A DNA stretch of 64,000 nucleotides from Syntrophales bacterium (GCA_963662405.2 CAXXKT010000001.1:576001-640000); one strand, 5' to 3'; positions 20,203 to 31,527 are shown, counted from the stretch's first letter. The notes: generated by a model not told the origin, from the letters alone. Translations and numbers: made by a program.

Positions 20203-20544
20203 ATCTCCACTCAGTAGATTTGGTACGGAGGACTTGTCCGGAACCCTATCACAGGTTATTTCATTTTAACAGGGGCGCATCACGCATGTGCCAGGGACAC
20301 GCCATATGGCCGCTTTACACCGGTTCCCTCAGGAAATGTTCGATAAACGGACAGAATCATGTACGGGAGGTCCCGGGGATGAAGGTCTGAAGAAGGACAG
20401 GGAAGGAAGCCTAATCGGCCCACGTGTGAAATCTTCCGGAGACATCGCCATTCTTCGCGATCATCTTCCTGGGTGAGATGACCTCGGCCACGTGCCGGCC
20501 GGAATGAGGTCATGCGGAATACCAACCTATTTCCGCCCCTATTT

Positions 20545-21714
20545 TCACGATGTGATCACGGATATTATGCGCTGCTGATCCTCTTCCCTGAGATACGGAT
20601 GCATGGGCAGACTGAAGATACGATTGGCGCATGTTTCGCTGCACGTGAAATCCCCACGGTTATATCCACAGTCCGCGAATGCCCTTTGCAGGTGGAGCGG
20701 CTTGGGATAATAGATCATGGTGGGGATATCGGCTTTTTTAAGCTTTCCCATCAGGTGACTTCGAGCGGTTTCATCCTCGGCAAGGACCGAATATTGAGCC
20801 CACACACTCCGGTACCCTTCGGGAATGTACGGTATCAGGAGCGAGGGATAAGACGCCATCTGAGAGGTGTAGCGGTCGGCAATTGCATTACGCAGCTCAA
20901 CTTCCTCCGGGAAAACATCAAATTTGGCCAGGAGAATCGCCGCCTGGAGTGTGTCCAATCGGCCATTGATACCGATACGTATGTTGTCGTATTTGTGCCC
21001 GCCTTTGCCGTGAACACGTATGGAAACAAGTTTTTCGGCCAGTGTCTTGTCATTGGTAAAACACATGCCCCCATCGCCATAGCAGCCCAAGGGCTTGGCA
21101 GGGAAAAAAGAGGTGCAGGCGATATTGCCGAAGGAACAGGCCTTTCGTCCTTTATATCCCGCCCCGAAGGATTGGGCGGCATCTTCGACAACGAAGAGAT
21201 CGTGCGTTTTTGCGATGACGTCAAGGGCATCGTAGTCGGCGGGAAGACCGAAGAGATCGACGGAGATCACCCCGCGAGGGGTCAGGGGGATGTTACGCGT
21301 CTTGTGCCCTCCGTTAGGCAACGGAACCTTGCTGTTGTCGTTCTCCTTGAGGGCGATTACGGCCTGCTCCAGTTTGGCCGGATCGATATTGAAGGTCTCA
21401 GGGTCGATATCGACGAAGACCGGTGTGGCGCCCAGGATGCTGATCACCTCCGCCGTCGCAATGAAGGTAAAGGGCGTCGTAAAGATTGCGTCACCGGGGC
21501 CGACATCAAAGGCCATGAGGGCCATGAGAAGGGCATCCGTACCGGAGCCGCAGCCGATGGCGTGATTCGTGCCGGTATAAACGCCAAGTTTCTCTTCCAG
21601 TGCCCTCACTTCCGGGCCCATAATGTACTGCCCGTGTGCTAGGACTTTTTGGATGTTTTCGTCTATGTGTTCCTTGATTCTGTCCTGCTGTGCTTTGAGA
21701 TCGATAAAATTCAT
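20545..21714 (-). CDS. DegT/DnrJ/EryC1/StrS sugar aminotransferase (WbpE-like)
   Basis: MNFIDL start with AAGGAG RBS; EDAAQSFGA and SFFPAKPLGCYGDGG (PLP lysine) motifs. Confidence 0.92.
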   Translation of the reverse strand: MNFIDLKAQQDRIKEHIDENIQKVLAHGQYIMGPEVRALEEKLGVYTGTNHAIGCGSGTDALLMALMAFDVGPGDAIFTTPFTFIATAEVISILGATPVFVDIDPETFNIDPAKLEQAVIALKENDNSKVPLPNGGHKTRNIPLTPRGVISVDLFGLPADYDALDVIAKTHDLFVVEDAAQSFGAGYKGRKACSFGNIACTSFFPAKPLGCYGDGGMCFTNDKTLAEKLVSIRVHGKGGHKYDNIRIGINGRLDTLQAAILLAKFDVFPEEVELRNAIADRYTSQMASYPSLLIPYIPEGYRSVWAQYSVLAEDETARSHLMGKLKKADIPTMIYYPKPLHLQRAFADCGYNRGDFTCSETCANRIFSLPMHPYLREEDQQRIISVITS

Positions 21715-22053
21715 ACGGCAGCTCCTTGTGAATAAACTTGATGAGGCCTGGTACCTCATTGACGGTAAGCACACAATGTGCGTGCGCTTCGCGTGTATTC
21801 CTTTTTGGCAAGACCACTGCGATGTGTCCGAAGGGGAAACCCGTCCATCGAGCATAAAACCCGGCAACCCGTTTCCTCATTCCGCCCGGTCAGCATCGTG
21901 GCATAACCGGGTGTACAAACACAGGATCCGACAAGGGGGGGTCCGGGAGACCTGCATTCAAATGGTCTTAAGCTCATGATATTTCTGATTTCAATGACTT
22001 CCGACGGCATTCCTCGCATGCAGCACGGGAACGGAAAGGCCACCGTCAGCGCG

Positions 22054-23664
22054 TTACCCCCGTTCTTGAAGGCCCTCGATTGTTTTCCGATAGATTGTAC
22101 CGCATGCCTCGCATTCCAGGTCTTCGGTCAATCGCTCCCCGCACCGGCACACCCATCCGATCTGCTTGGCGGAGTTTCCGACCACCATGGCATGTGCCGG
22201 GACGTTACGGTTGACGACCGCACCCGCCCCCACGAAGGCATAAGCTCCGACCGTAACCCCGCAGACAATGGTACAGTTGGCTCCCAAGGTTGCCCCCTTT
22301 CTCACGAGGGTGGGACGAACCTGGTCCATCTTGGAGATCTCGGCACGGGGATTGTAGATGTTGGTAAAGACCATGGAGGGACCGCAGAAGACCCCATCTT
22401 CGAGGGTAACGCCTTTGTAGACGCTCACATTGTTCTGTATCTTGCAGCCGTCTCCGATGGAAACGTCGGGACCGACGACGACATTCTGGCCGATGTTGCA
22501 ATTCCTGCCGATCCGTGAACCGGAGAGAATGTGGGAAAAATGCCAGATCTTGGCCCCGTTTCCGATGTCGCACCCCTGATCAATCATGGAGGAGGGGTGT
22601 GCGTAAAATCGAGCGGTTTCATCGGCTGCCTCGGCACTGGAGCCGGAGGTGCCTGCAAGCTGTATCCGGACACCATTGTTATCGATGGACCGCTGCGCCG
22701 CGTTCAAAACCCGAAGAACACGCAACCCCTCCTTGCCGTCGGTCAAGGGCTTCTCGCCGCGTGAGACACAACGGAGAAAATGCTCGCATTCGAGACGCAG
22801 GGGCTCGGCCTGCGGAATGGCGATCCGTTCCGCCTCCGCCTTGTCGGGAACGGGGATGCTGTCGTGCCACTTGATCTGGTGCGGGAACAGAAGTAATTTG
22901 TCGGCCCAGGGAAGGGTGTCGTCGAAGACCGCCATCTTGCGGTCTCCGACGATTACCATCTTCTGTTCCTTCACGGGATGCAGCCAGGACACGAAGATAT
23001 GCGCGTTCAGACCCGAGGGAAATTCAAGGTGGGTCGTCGTGACATCGGCGATCTGCTTGTGCAGGTAGTTCGCCCCCGTGGCGAAGACGGATGCCGCCTT
23101 CTCCCCGGCAAGGGAGAGGATCATGGAGATATCATGGGGGGCGAAAGACCAAAGGGCGTTTTCCTCGGTGCGTATCTTCCCCAGGTTGAGACGATGTGAG
23201 TAGATGTAATTGATCCGTCCCAGTTCGCCGTTCCGGGCAATGTCCCGCAAGTGGCAAAAGAGGGGGTGATACTGCATGATGTGCCCGACCATCAGGATCA
23301 GATCCCGGTCCCGCGCCACAGCGATCAGTTCGGCTGCCTCATCTTCGTATAGCGCCATGGGCTTTTCGACATAGACATGTTTATTCGCGGCGAGGGCCTC
23401 GCGGGCGAGGGTAAAGTGGGTCTCCGCCGGGGTCGCGATCACTACACTGTCGATATCGTCACGTGACAAGACATCGTTGAAGGCAAGACAGCTCTCCAGA
23501 TCGGGATACAACGTCCTGAAATGATCAATCAGGGTCTCATTGCTCTCGCAGATCAGCTTCAGCGCACCCAGGTCATGGTAATTGCGCACCAGGTGTTTCC
23601 CCCAGTAGCCGGTACCGACTACCGCGATACGGGGGGAAGGATAAATGGGTTCAGGTCTTGACAT
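22054..23664 (-). CDS. Fused Gfo/Idh/MocA oxidoreductase + hexapeptide N-acetyltransferase (WbpB/WbpD-like)
   Basis: GTGYWG and VEKP motifs, followed by [16 protein letters not shown] and [19 protein letters not shown] before the ATG at 23664. Confidence 0.88.
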   Translation of the reverse strand: MSRPEPIYPSPRIAVVGTGYWGKHLVRNYHDLGALKLICESNETLIDHFRTLYPDLESCLAFNDVLSRDDIDSVVIATPAETHFTLAREALAANKHVYVEKPMALYEDEAAELIAVARDRDLILMVGHIMQYHPLFCHLRDIARNGELGRINYIYSHRLNLGKIRTEENALWSFAPHDISMILSLAGEKAASVFATGANYLHKQIADVTTTHLEFPSGLNAHIFVSWLHPVKEQKMVIVGDRKMAVFDDTLPWADKLLLFPHQIKWHDSIPVPDKAEAERIAIPQAEPLRLECEHFLRCVSRGEKPLTDGKEGLRVLRVLNAAQRSIDNNGVRIQLAGTSGSSAEAADETARFYAHPSSMIDQGCDIGNGAKIWHFSHILSGSRIGRNCNIGQNVVVGPDVSIGDGCKIQNNVSVYKGVTLEDGVFCGPSMVFTNIYNPRAEISKMDQVRPTLVRKGATLGANCTIVCGVTVGAYAFVGAGAVVNRNVPAHAMVVGNSAKQIGWVCRCGERLTEDLECEACGTIYRKTIEGLQERG

Positions 23665-23911
23665 TGGTGTATCTCCTCCTATCGTCTTGTGTACGGAAGG
23701 ATCATGCTTGATGGTATCATTCTCCCGCGTCGGATCCCGCATAAGGCCGAATGCCATCACCCTGATCGATCAGGTACCGGTGATCGGGCACAGGCACAAG
23801 GCAGAGGAACGGACCTTCATCGTGCCTCAGTCATCTGTTTTTCCAAGCACCTCTCCGAGGGTCATCCCCTGTATCACGAAAAAACTCGTCCCGTTCATCC
23901 GAGCAGCCGCC

Positions 23912-24964
23912 CTATATGCCCTTTTTTACGGCCTGCCGCCAATCATGCATATACCACGTGATAAAATTATGAATTCCTTCCTCCAACGGTGTTGAAGGCT
24001 TGAATCCGACATCTCGTATGAGATCATCGACATCGGCGAATGTCGCAGGCACGTCTCCCGCCTGGAGGGGAAGGAGGTTCTTCTTCGCCTCCACTCCAAT
24101 GGTTTCTTCCAGGACTTTGATAAATCGCATCAATTCAACAGGGTTGTTATTCCCCAGATTGTATACCTTGTATGGCGCAAAGCTCGTCCCCGGATCCGGG
24201 TTGTCACTGTTCCAGTCCCTATTCGGCTGCGGGATTCGGTCCATCACCCTGACAATCCCTTCTATGACATCATCGATATAGGTAAAATCCCTCTTCATCG
24301 TCCCCCGGTTGTACACATCGATCGTTTCCCCTCGAAGAATAGCATCGGTAAAAAGGAAATAAGCCATGTCGGGCCTTCCCCATGGCCCGTAGACCGTAAA
24401 AAAACGAATCCCGGTGCAGGGAATCTGGTAGAGAGCCGCATAGGTATGCGCCATGAGTTCATTCGCCTTCTTCGTGGCGGCGTAGAGGCTCACCGGATGA
24501 TCTACGTTGTGGTGAACCGAAAAGGGCATCAGGGTGTTTGCACCGTATACCGAACTGGATGAAGCGAAAACGAGATGCGGAACTCGTCCGGATCGACACC
24601 CTTCCAACATATTGATAAACCCTACCACATTGCTCTCCACGTACGCGTGCGGATTTTCGAGGCTGTAGCGCACACCCGCCTGGGCTGCCAGATGCACGAC
24701 CCTGTCGAATGTGTAATCGGCAAAAAGGGCTTCCATCCCCGTTTTGTCCGAAAGATCCAGCCGAGCAAAGTGAAAGCGGTCATATGGCCTGAGAAGATCG
24801 AGGCGAGCTTTCTTCAGGCGGACATCATAGTAACTGTTGAGATTATCGAGTCCCATAACCGTATATCCTTCATCGAGGAGACGGCGGCAGAGATGGAATC
24901 CGATGAATCCGGCGGCGCCGGTCACAAGGATAGTACCGTGATCTTTTTTTGTGTTCATTTGCAT
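23912..24964 (-). CDS. NAD-dependent epimerase, UDP-glucuronate 4-epimerase-like
   Basis: TGAAGFIG, HLAAQAGVRYS, YAATKK and FFTVYGPWGRPDMA motifs. Confidence 0.9.
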   Translation of the reverse strand: MQMNTKKDHGTILVTGAAGFIGFHLCRRLLDEGYTVMGLDNLNSYYDVRLKKARLDLLRPYDRFHFARLDLSDKTGMEALFADYTFDRVVHLAAQAGVRYSLENPHAYVESNVVGFINMLEGCRSGRVPHLVFASSSSVYGANTLMPFSVHHNVDHPVSLYAATKKANELMAHTYAALYQIPCTGIRFFTVYGPWGRPDMAYFLFTDAILRGETIDVYNRGTMKRDFTYIDDVIEGIVRVMDRIPQPNRDWNSDNPDPGTSFAPYKVYNLGNNNPVELMRFIKVLEETIGVEAKKNLLPLQAGDVPATFADVDDLIRDVGFKPSTPLEEGIHNFITWYMHDWRQAVKKGI

Positions 24965-25487
24965 TGGAAGGTCCCTGGTAAATGCGGACCGGAGGATTGA
25001 CAAAGCTCCGCTCTTTGCATTACATCGCTTCTCAACATTCCGCCACCGAATCAGCGATCGAGGCCATAAATCAGCTCAAGACGACACACCGCCGAGCGGA
25101 GATACAATACATCGTCGCTGCCGTGGTGTCACCTCAAATCCTGCTGTGCCGATATCCGAAAAAATGGAAGCTGCGTGTTGTTTTTTCATGCAGGTTGCCC
25201 CCTGATACGTCCTCCCTTATCAGGGCACCATTGACAACATAAACGATTCCTTTCAGTCTGCCACAAGATGGAACAACGGTGTGCGCCGTGCTATCGTTGA
25301 TTCCGTATACCCTGCCGTCGCGTCTCGATATCCCCCCTCGAAGTTCGGATGGTTCAATCTCTGCATCAAAGCAAAGGGGACGTAACTATATATCATTACG
25401 CGAACGGATTTTATACTTCAGCCGTCGAGGTCAGTCATTGATAACAGGCATGAGTCATGATCTCCCACAATATGCGGATGGCATCGC

Positions 25488-25883
25488 TCAGGAACTCCCT
25501 TTGTTATTCTTGTCCTCCCCCCATCGGTGAGACCTTGGTTTCTCCATCTTCAGAAGCCCGACTTCCTGGACAAGGGTCTTCACCTGCTCGGTCAACCCGG
25601 ATATGGCTATGGAAAAGTGTATCAATATAGATATAATAGCAATGATAAGGATGAGAAAAATGGCTGCGGGCGCATAGGCGATACCGAGAACGGAGGCGAT
25701 GATGTCAAGACTCTCCCGCCATAGCGACAAGAAGAGAAAGACGCATCCGAAAAAGAGCCACAAGAGTGAAAATTCTTCTCGCAGCTTCCTCTTGCTGATA
25801 AGAATCAGCACAGAGGCGATAAAGAGCACACTCCCGATAATCGCCACATATTGTATGATATGGATGTCGATATCTCGTATCAT
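25488..25883 (-). CDS. DUF2304-family small membrane protein
   Basis: Three TM helices, KLREEFSLLW and LGIAYAP motifs, C-terminal coil LVQEVGLL, downstream of a GT2. Confidence 0.8.
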   Translation of the reverse strand: MIRDIDIHIIQYVAIIGSVLFIASVLILISKRKLREEFSLLWLFFGCVFLFLSLWRESLDIIASVLGIAYAPAAIFLILIIAIISILIHFSIAISGLTEQVKTLVQEVGLLKMEKPRSHRWGEDKNNKGSS

Positions 25884-25889
25884 CTGGTC

Positions 25890-26600
25890 TCAATCCTTGA
25901 TCTCCCGCGGCCTCATGCAGCATACGATGAGCGCCAGGAGAACCTTCGTCATGTAATAGAACGACCATATTCCCGATATGGAAGAACGCCCAGTAGACCT
26001 CTCTTGCATGCGCACGGGGATTTCCTTCAGTCTAAAACCGTTTTTCCCGAGGATGAGGACCGCTTCCGGCTCGGGGTAGTCCATGGGATAATTGCGGGCA
26101 AGAAATTCTATCGCCTTCCGATTGTACGCGCGGAAACCGGACGTGTTGTCCGTGATCCTCTTCCCGATCAGGATAAGGTTCACTATTTCGAACACCTTGA
26201 TCCCCAGGCGCCGCGCGAAGCCCGGACGGTATCCCTCACTGATTCCGCAGAATCGCGAGCCAATGGTAACATCGGCCCGATTGTCCCGCACGGGAATCAA
26301 TATCGCCTCTATTTCCGAAGCGATGTGCTGACCGTCACCGTCGAACTGGAAGGCGATGTCGTAATCCCACCGCTCCGCGAACTTGAATCCGGCCTGCACC
26401 GCACCCCCGATGCCCAGGTTGCAGGGAAGATCGACGACATGTGCCATCCCGGAAGAGCGGGCCACCGCCCCCGTTCGATCGGCCGAGCCGTCATTGATAA
26501 CCAGGATATCTATTCGGGGGTCTGCATCCCGTATCGACCGAATAACGCCCTCGATGGTTTCTTCTTCATTAAATGATGGGACTATGGCAAGTATCTTCAC
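25890..26600 (-). CDS. GT2 glycosyltransferase, DPM1-like
   Basis: PSFNEE, NDGSAD, NLGIGGAVQ, FDGDGQH, DNTSGFRA and DYPEPE motifs. Confidence 0.88.
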   Translation of the reverse strand: MKILAIVPSFNEEETIEGVIRSIRDADPRIDILVINDGSADRTGAVARSSGMAHVVDLPCNLGIGGAVQAGFKFAERWDYDIAFQFDGDGQHIASEIEAILIPVRDNRADVTIGSRFCGISEGYRPGFARRLGIKVFEIVNLILIGKRITDNTSGFRAYNRKAIEFLARNYPMDYPEPEAVLILGKNGFRLKEIPVRMQERSTGRSSISGIWSFYYMTKVLLALIVCCMRPREIKD

Positions 26601-26601
26601 A

Positions 26602-28725
26602 TTACCATCGCTTTCGCAGCGTTACCGACACCGTCGCCGGATCACCTTCGATCAGATTATACGTTCCAGGGGTCTCATAGCCCCTATCCATCAGATTCTT
26701 GACGGCACATTCCACTTCCAGCCCGCTTCCCATCACATCACGGACGGTTGCGCATACATCCGTGATCCATACGCCGGGCACCGAAACAACGGACCCGCTT
26801 CGGGGATAAATAAGCTCTCGTGAAGCACAATAGCCGACTCTCCCGTAAAGACTGATCTTTTCAACAGGCCGCCACGTCCCCATCAGATTGAAGATGGTCT
26901 GGGGCCCGGCGTCATACGGGTAACGAAGGTCCTCATAGACATATATCCAGGGCTTCGGGGGCGGTCCACCCTCGATATGATCGAGATAATGATACGTCTC
27001 GTCCGGCCCGCTGTTATCGACCAGTGTCAGGTTTGCTGAGAGATCGAGGTCGTCCATCGGCGACAGATGCCCCTCAAGTTCCAAGCCGACGATATCCTGG
27101 CTGTTGGGCAGGGACAAACCGGCGTAGGGATCCTCCATGATATGATTCTCGATCCAGCTTGCAAAGCCACACAGGCTGACCCCCGCCCTCTTTGAGGGAT
27201 TCCAAGCAACTTGGGCATTGAGGGTCTTGATCTTCTCCAGATCAGGTTTTTCCTCGTCCAGCAGCTGTTTTGCATAGGGTGTCCGGTAGGCCGTCCCGTA
27301 CAGGAGCTTCAACACCCACGTCGAATTCAAGGACCAGACGGCACCGGCATTGTAGCTCAGGTGATCTTTGTATTCATCATGATCGTCATTTCTGAGACCG
27401 ATTGTCAGATCGACATCGCCGATCTTATGCGTATATTGACAAAAAACGGAGACGAGACTGGTCTTGTAATCCTCTTCACTTATGGTGGGCAAAAAGGTCT
27501 TGTTGCCCGAACCGAGGTAATCGGGGAGATAACTGTCCCATATGGGGGCATCGTGGACATCCTTTTCCCGGTACGAAAACCCTCCGGTGAAAAGACTTCT
27601 CCCTGCGAGAAACGATCGATCATATATGATCTCGCCGTATGTCGTACGCTCTCGCTGTTTGAACGTAATATCGATCACTTCATATTCGGGGTTGATCCAG
27701 CTGTAAGATCCCGTGAAACGCAGGGCTGAACACCGGTCCAGATCTTTCTTCGCTTCCATTTTGATGAAACCCGACGGTGCCGATCGGCTCTCGCGCCATG
27801 TCAAATCCTCTCCCATTTCGGTCGTGGCCGACATGGTATAGGGCCTCCGGTAATTGGAAATCATCCCGGACAGGGTAAACCAGTCCCCCACTGTAAAATT
27901 CCCGGATGCCTGAACATAATGCGCCTTACCCAGTTCATCTTCGCCGATCCGTTCATCGGGCGCTACGGGTGGGGGATCGCCGTCCCCCCAGAACTTCACC
28001 AAAGAGCAGGTACGGTTATCCACCTCTTCGCGTGCGCTGACGGACAGAAATGCGTTCCACGAACCCGCATCGTGCCCCATGTTAAGGAAAAACCCTCGCT
28101 GATCAAGGAGTTCGTTATATGACGCATCGACACCGGCCTCAGCCCCGTTCAGGTCCTTCCCCGTCATGGGGACAACATTGACGATACCGGCAAAGGCATC
28201 GGGACCCCAGAGCACCGACCCGGGACCGCGGATAATCTCCACCCGCTTGATCGGGGCAAGGGAAAGTTCTTCGTCGAGGGGATGGAGCGATTTACTGACA
28301 TCGGAACCGAGAGGGACGGTATCATATAAAAAGAGTGCCGAATTCGGGATCCCCCGCAGGTATGGCTCCGCCCCCCCCTCTCTTTGCGCCATATAAAACC
28401 CCGGCTCTGTCTCAAGAACCTGACTCAGCGTGCGATTTCCCCGTTCGCGAATTTCCTTCCGCGTAACTACCCGAGCCACGGCAGGTGCCTGTGATGCGCT
28501 CTCCTGGCGCCGTGAAGCGATGGAAAGGATATTCAAGTCTTCACCGACGAACATAAGGAGCGTGTCATTCCGGTCCGTAATCGCGGTCAGTTCCCCGGCC
28601 CATGAGGGCACGATCAGACTGTAAAACGCGATCAGCATCACGACAGCAGCACATGATATGTTCGAATATCGTATTTTCATAATCGAAACCGATAAAAGCT
28701 TTTCCCGCGACAGGCAGGAGTTCAC
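26602..28725 (-). CDS. TonB-dependent outer-membrane receptor
   Basis: Signal peptide, plug motifs (SIASRRQES..APA; IKRVEIIRGPGSVLWG), beta-barrel region, KNL.D motif and terminal W. The start may be the downstream ATG at 28680. Confidence 0.88.
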   Translation of the reverse strand: MNSCLSREKLLSVSIMKIRYSNISCAAVVMLIAFYSLIVPSWAGELTAITDRNDTLLMFVGEDLNILSIASRRQESASQAPAVARVVTRKEIRERGNRTLSQVLETEPGFYMAQREGGAEPYLRGIPNSALFLYDTVPLGSDVSKSLHPLDEELSLAPIKRVEIIRGPGSVLWGPDAFAGIVNVVPMTGKDLNGAEAGVDASYNELLDQRGFFLNMGHDAGSWNAFLSVSAREEVDNRTCSLVKFWGDGDPPPVAPDERIGEDELGKAHYVQASGNFTVGDWFTLSGMISNYRRPYTMSATTEMGEDLTWRESRSAPSGFIKMEAKKDLDRCSALRFTGSYSWINPEYEVIDITFKQRERTTYGEIIYDRSFLAGRSLFTGGFSYREKDVHDAPIWDSYLPDYLGSGNKTFLPTISEEDYKTSLVSVFCQYTHKIGDVDLTIGLRNDDHDEYKDHLSYNAGAVWSLNSTWVLKLLYGTAYRTPYAKQLLDEEKPDLEKIKTLNAQVAWNPSKRAGVSLCGFASWIENHIMEDPYAGLSLPNSQDIVGLELEGHLSPMDDLDLSANLTLVDNSGPDETYHYLDHIEGGPPPKPWIYVYEDLRYPYDAGPQTIFNLMGTWRPVEKISLYGRVGYCASRELIYPRSGSVVSVPGVWITDVCATVRDVMGSGLEVECAVKNLMDRGYETPGTYNLIEGDPATVSVTLRKRW

Positions 28726-28733
28726 CTTCGTGG

Positions 28734-30080
28734 CTATACGTGTTTCATCAGTATCCTGAATTTCGCCCGGGTCAGCCCCAAAAGCCGTGCCGCCGAGGTC
28801 TGGTTGTTGTTGACCATGGCAAGGGCCTGACGTACAAAATCTTTTTCAACCTCTTCCAATTGTATCCCCTGGGGAGGAAGGCGAAAATCGCGGCATTCCG
28901 TTTCCGGGGACAAGGGAGACCCGAACCTGAGAAACGACAAGGTGTCTGCGGTGATACACCCGGTCCTCCCCGCCAGGATCAGAGACCGTTCCATTACATT
29001 CGCCAGTTCCCTCACATTCCCCGGCCACGGGTACTCGGCGAGCAGTTTTGCCGCGCCGTCGGTCAGCACGATATCCCGTCCCGCCGCCATACGCTCCAGA
29101 AAATGCTCCGCGAGAAGGATCACATCATCAACACGTTCCCTGAGCGGAGGGGGTTCAAGGGGGAATACGTTGATGCGAAAGTACAGATCCTGTCGAAAAT
29201 CACCTCGGTTCACCAGTTCCCCGACATCCTGGTTCGTTGCGCAAACGACCCTCACATCAACCGGTATTTCCTCGTTCCCTCCGACCCGCTGGATCTTCTT
29301 CTCCTGAAGGGCTCGGAGGAGCTTGGCCTGCGCCTCAAGGGAAAGATCCCCGATCTCATCAAGGAAAAGGGTCCCGCCATCCGCATACTCAAACTTCCCC
29401 TGATTCCTCCTGATTGCCCCCGTGAAGGCCCCTTTCTCGTGTCCGAACAGTTCCGCCTCCACCAGGGTCGGCGCTATCGCCGCGCAATTTACCGGGACAA
29501 ACCGCTTATCCTTGCGCGGACTGACCCGGTGAATGAATTTGGCGAGCAGTTCCTTCCCGGTCCCCGATTCTCCCGTGATCAGCACAGCCGTATCGCCCTC
29601 CGCCACCCGTGCGGCGAGGTCCATGACCTTGGTCATCTCCTCGGAGCTATGCACGATCTCTTCCGAAGCGGCCGTCTGCTGCAGCTCCCTCTTCAGATCC
29701 CTGTTTTCGGCCATGATACGCGAAAGGTTCAGGGTCCTCTCCACGGTCAAGAGTATCCGTTTTTCTTCGAACGGCTTGGTGATATAATCGATCGCTCCGG
29801 CCCGCATGGCTTCCACGGCCGATTCCACGGTGGCAAAAGCGGTAATGAACACCACCGGACAGGGGTTATCCATCTGTACTATCTTTCTCAAAAGGGTCTC
29901 GCCATCCATGCGCGGCATCTTGACATCGGTAATGACCATATCGTAATGGACATCCCCCAACTTTTCCAATGCTTCCAGACCATCTCCCGCCTGATCCACC
30001 AGATGCCCTCTTCTCTCAAGCATGATGGACAGGAGGTGTCGCATCCTCTCTTCGTCATCTACAACCAGTATACGAACCAT
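28734..30080 (-). CDS. Sigma-54-dependent response regulator (NtrC family)
   Basis: REC domain (VVDDE, DVKMP), [22 protein letters not shown] and C-terminal HTH. Confidence 0.95.
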   Translation of the reverse strand: MVRILVVDDEERMRHLLSIMLERRGHLVDQAGDGLEALEKLGDVHYDMVITDVKMPRMDGETLLRKIVQMDNPCPVVFITAFATVESAVEAMRAGAIDYITKPFEEKRILLTVERTLNLSRIMAENRDLKRELQQTAASEEIVHSSEEMTKVMDLAARVAEGDTAVLITGESGTGKELLAKFIHRVSPRKDKRFVPVNCAAIAPTLVEAELFGHEKGAFTGAIRRNQGKFEYADGGTLFLDEIGDLSLEAQAKLLRALQEKKIQRVGGNEEIPVDVRVVCATNQDVGELVNRGDFRQDLYFRINVFPLEPPPLRERVDDVILLAEHFLERMAAGRDIVLTDGAAKLLAEYPWPGNVRELANVMERSLILAGRTGCITADTLSFLRFGSPLSPETECRDFRLPPQGIQLEEVEKDFVRQALAMVNNNQTSAARLLGLTRAKFRILMKHV

Positions 30081-30138
30081 CCTTCTTCAGTCACCTTTCG
30101 GCATTTCCGTATGATAAAGAGTTCTTTTTCCCTTCCAA

Positions 30139-31527
30139 TTACCCATTCACAGGAAGTCCCACCCGGAACAGGGCCCCGCCGCCCGTTCTGTTTTTCACAC
30201 TGACAGTCCCGCCATGCGTTCGGAGTACTTGGGCGGCATACGCCAACCCCAGGCCGGTCCCCTTTGAGCGCGTGGTAAAGAAAGGATCGAATATCTTCTC
30301 CATATTTTCAGGCTCGATCCCCCCGCCCTGGTCTTCCACGTCAACATACAGCATCCCCCCATCGCGTGACACGGTAACGGTAATACATCCCTTATCACCA
30401 TTCGCCTCAAAGGCATTCTTGAGGATGTTGTCGAGGACCCGCATAATCAGATCAGGATCGGCAGATATGTACGAGGCCTCTTCGAGAAGGGTAGCCTTTA
30501 TTTCGACGGGAAACGTCGCCTTCTGTACCTCAAACCGCGTAACGATTTCTCCAATCAGGGCATTAAGTTCCACCTTCCTGAACACCGGTTGCGATGGACG
30601 GGCAAATGCCAGGAAATCTTCAATCAGCCGGTTGAGACGCCGGATCTCATCCTCTATATAAACGACCATTGTGTTCTCTTCCGTGATAGACATATCCTCC
30701 TTCAGGATATCCAGAGAACTTTTGATAATGCTCAGGGGATTTTTGACCTCATGGGCTATCATCATGGAAAACTTTCCCATCTCTGCCAGATTTTTCTGCT
30801 GAATCATCTGCTGATAGGCATCCTCGAGGGCATCGCTGCTCCGTTCAAGGGAATCCAGCATGGAATTGAAGGCCAATGCAAGATTTCTTGTTTCAGGAAG
30901 GCTCCCCGGGTGTACCCGGAGATCACGGTCTCCCTTTTCCACATCGTGCGCCGCCTGAGCGAGTTCTTTCAGTGGAGCCACGAGCGAGTGGGAAAGAATG
31001 TAAAAGATAATCGCCGCCAATAACCCCAGACCGGAAGAAAGCCAGAGAAACCGGTCCCTCATCTTTGCGAGAAGCTGCTCAATTCCGGTGGTGCTGTATA
31101 CAATTTTTACTCTGCCTATGAGACGATCACCGTTCTCCGTACCCTCACTCCACTGAAAGGCCTGGCTTACCTCCTGAGATCGGCTGAGCAAGACAGGAAC
31201 ATCAATGACAGAAAATGGCTGTTCCCTCTCCTGTGATACCGAGGCGAGTTCCTCTCCCCCCGTGTCGACGACGGTAACTCGTACCACATCCTTTTCCGAC
31301 AGGAGGTTGGTCGCCAACCGCTGCAGCATGGATTTGTCATCGATCAATATACCCAACTCCGCGTTAAGTGCAAGGTATTTTGCGAGAAAAGACATACGTT
31401 CCTCAAATCGTGTCTGGACAAAATGGCGGGTGAAATTCATGCCCATATAGCCCAACACGAAGGTGGTCCCCCCGATAAGGGCAAAAACGCTGATAAGAAG
31501 CCTCGCATGTATCCCTAAATTTCTCAT
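30139..31527 (-). CDS. HAMP-domain sensor histidine kinase
   Basis: Two TM helices, HAMP, AHEVKNPL H-box, and N/G/F boxes (DQGGGI, FDPFFTT, GTGLGL). Confidence 0.93.
   Translation of the reverse strand: MRNLGIHARLLISVFALIGGTTFVLGYMGMNFTRHFVQTRFEERMSFLAKYLALNAELGILIDDKSMLQRLATNLLSEKDVVRVTVVDTGGEELASVSQEREQPFSVIDVPVLLSRSQEVSQAFQWSEGTENGDRLIGRVKIVYSTTGIEQLLAKMRDRFLWLSSGLGLLAAIIFYILSHSLVAPLKELAQAAHDVEKGDRDLRVHPGSLPETRNLALAFNSMLDSLERSSDALEDAYQQMIQQKNLAEMGKFSMMIAHEVKNPLSIIKSSLDILKEDMSITEENTMVVYIEDEIRRLNRLIEDFLAFARPSQPVFRKVELNALIGEIVTRFEVQKATFPVEIKATLLEEASYISADPDLIMRVLDNILKNAFEANGDKGCITVTVSRDGGMLYVDVEDQGGGIEPENMEKIFDPFFTTRSKGTGLGLAYAAQVLRTHGGTVSVKNRTGGGALFRVGLPVNG

Noticed and set aside
21806..21821. 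TGGCAA-N5-CTGCG sigma-54-like motif on the plus strand
   Set aside because: Points against all local genes with no credible downstream ORF; likely chance.
28740..30203. Long plus-strand ORFs opposite real genes (also 14767-16140, 20512-21642, 44004-45038, and minus-strand 46306-47598 and 62940-63989)
   Set aside because: Antisense shadows expected in GC-rich coding DNA, with no recognisable motifs.
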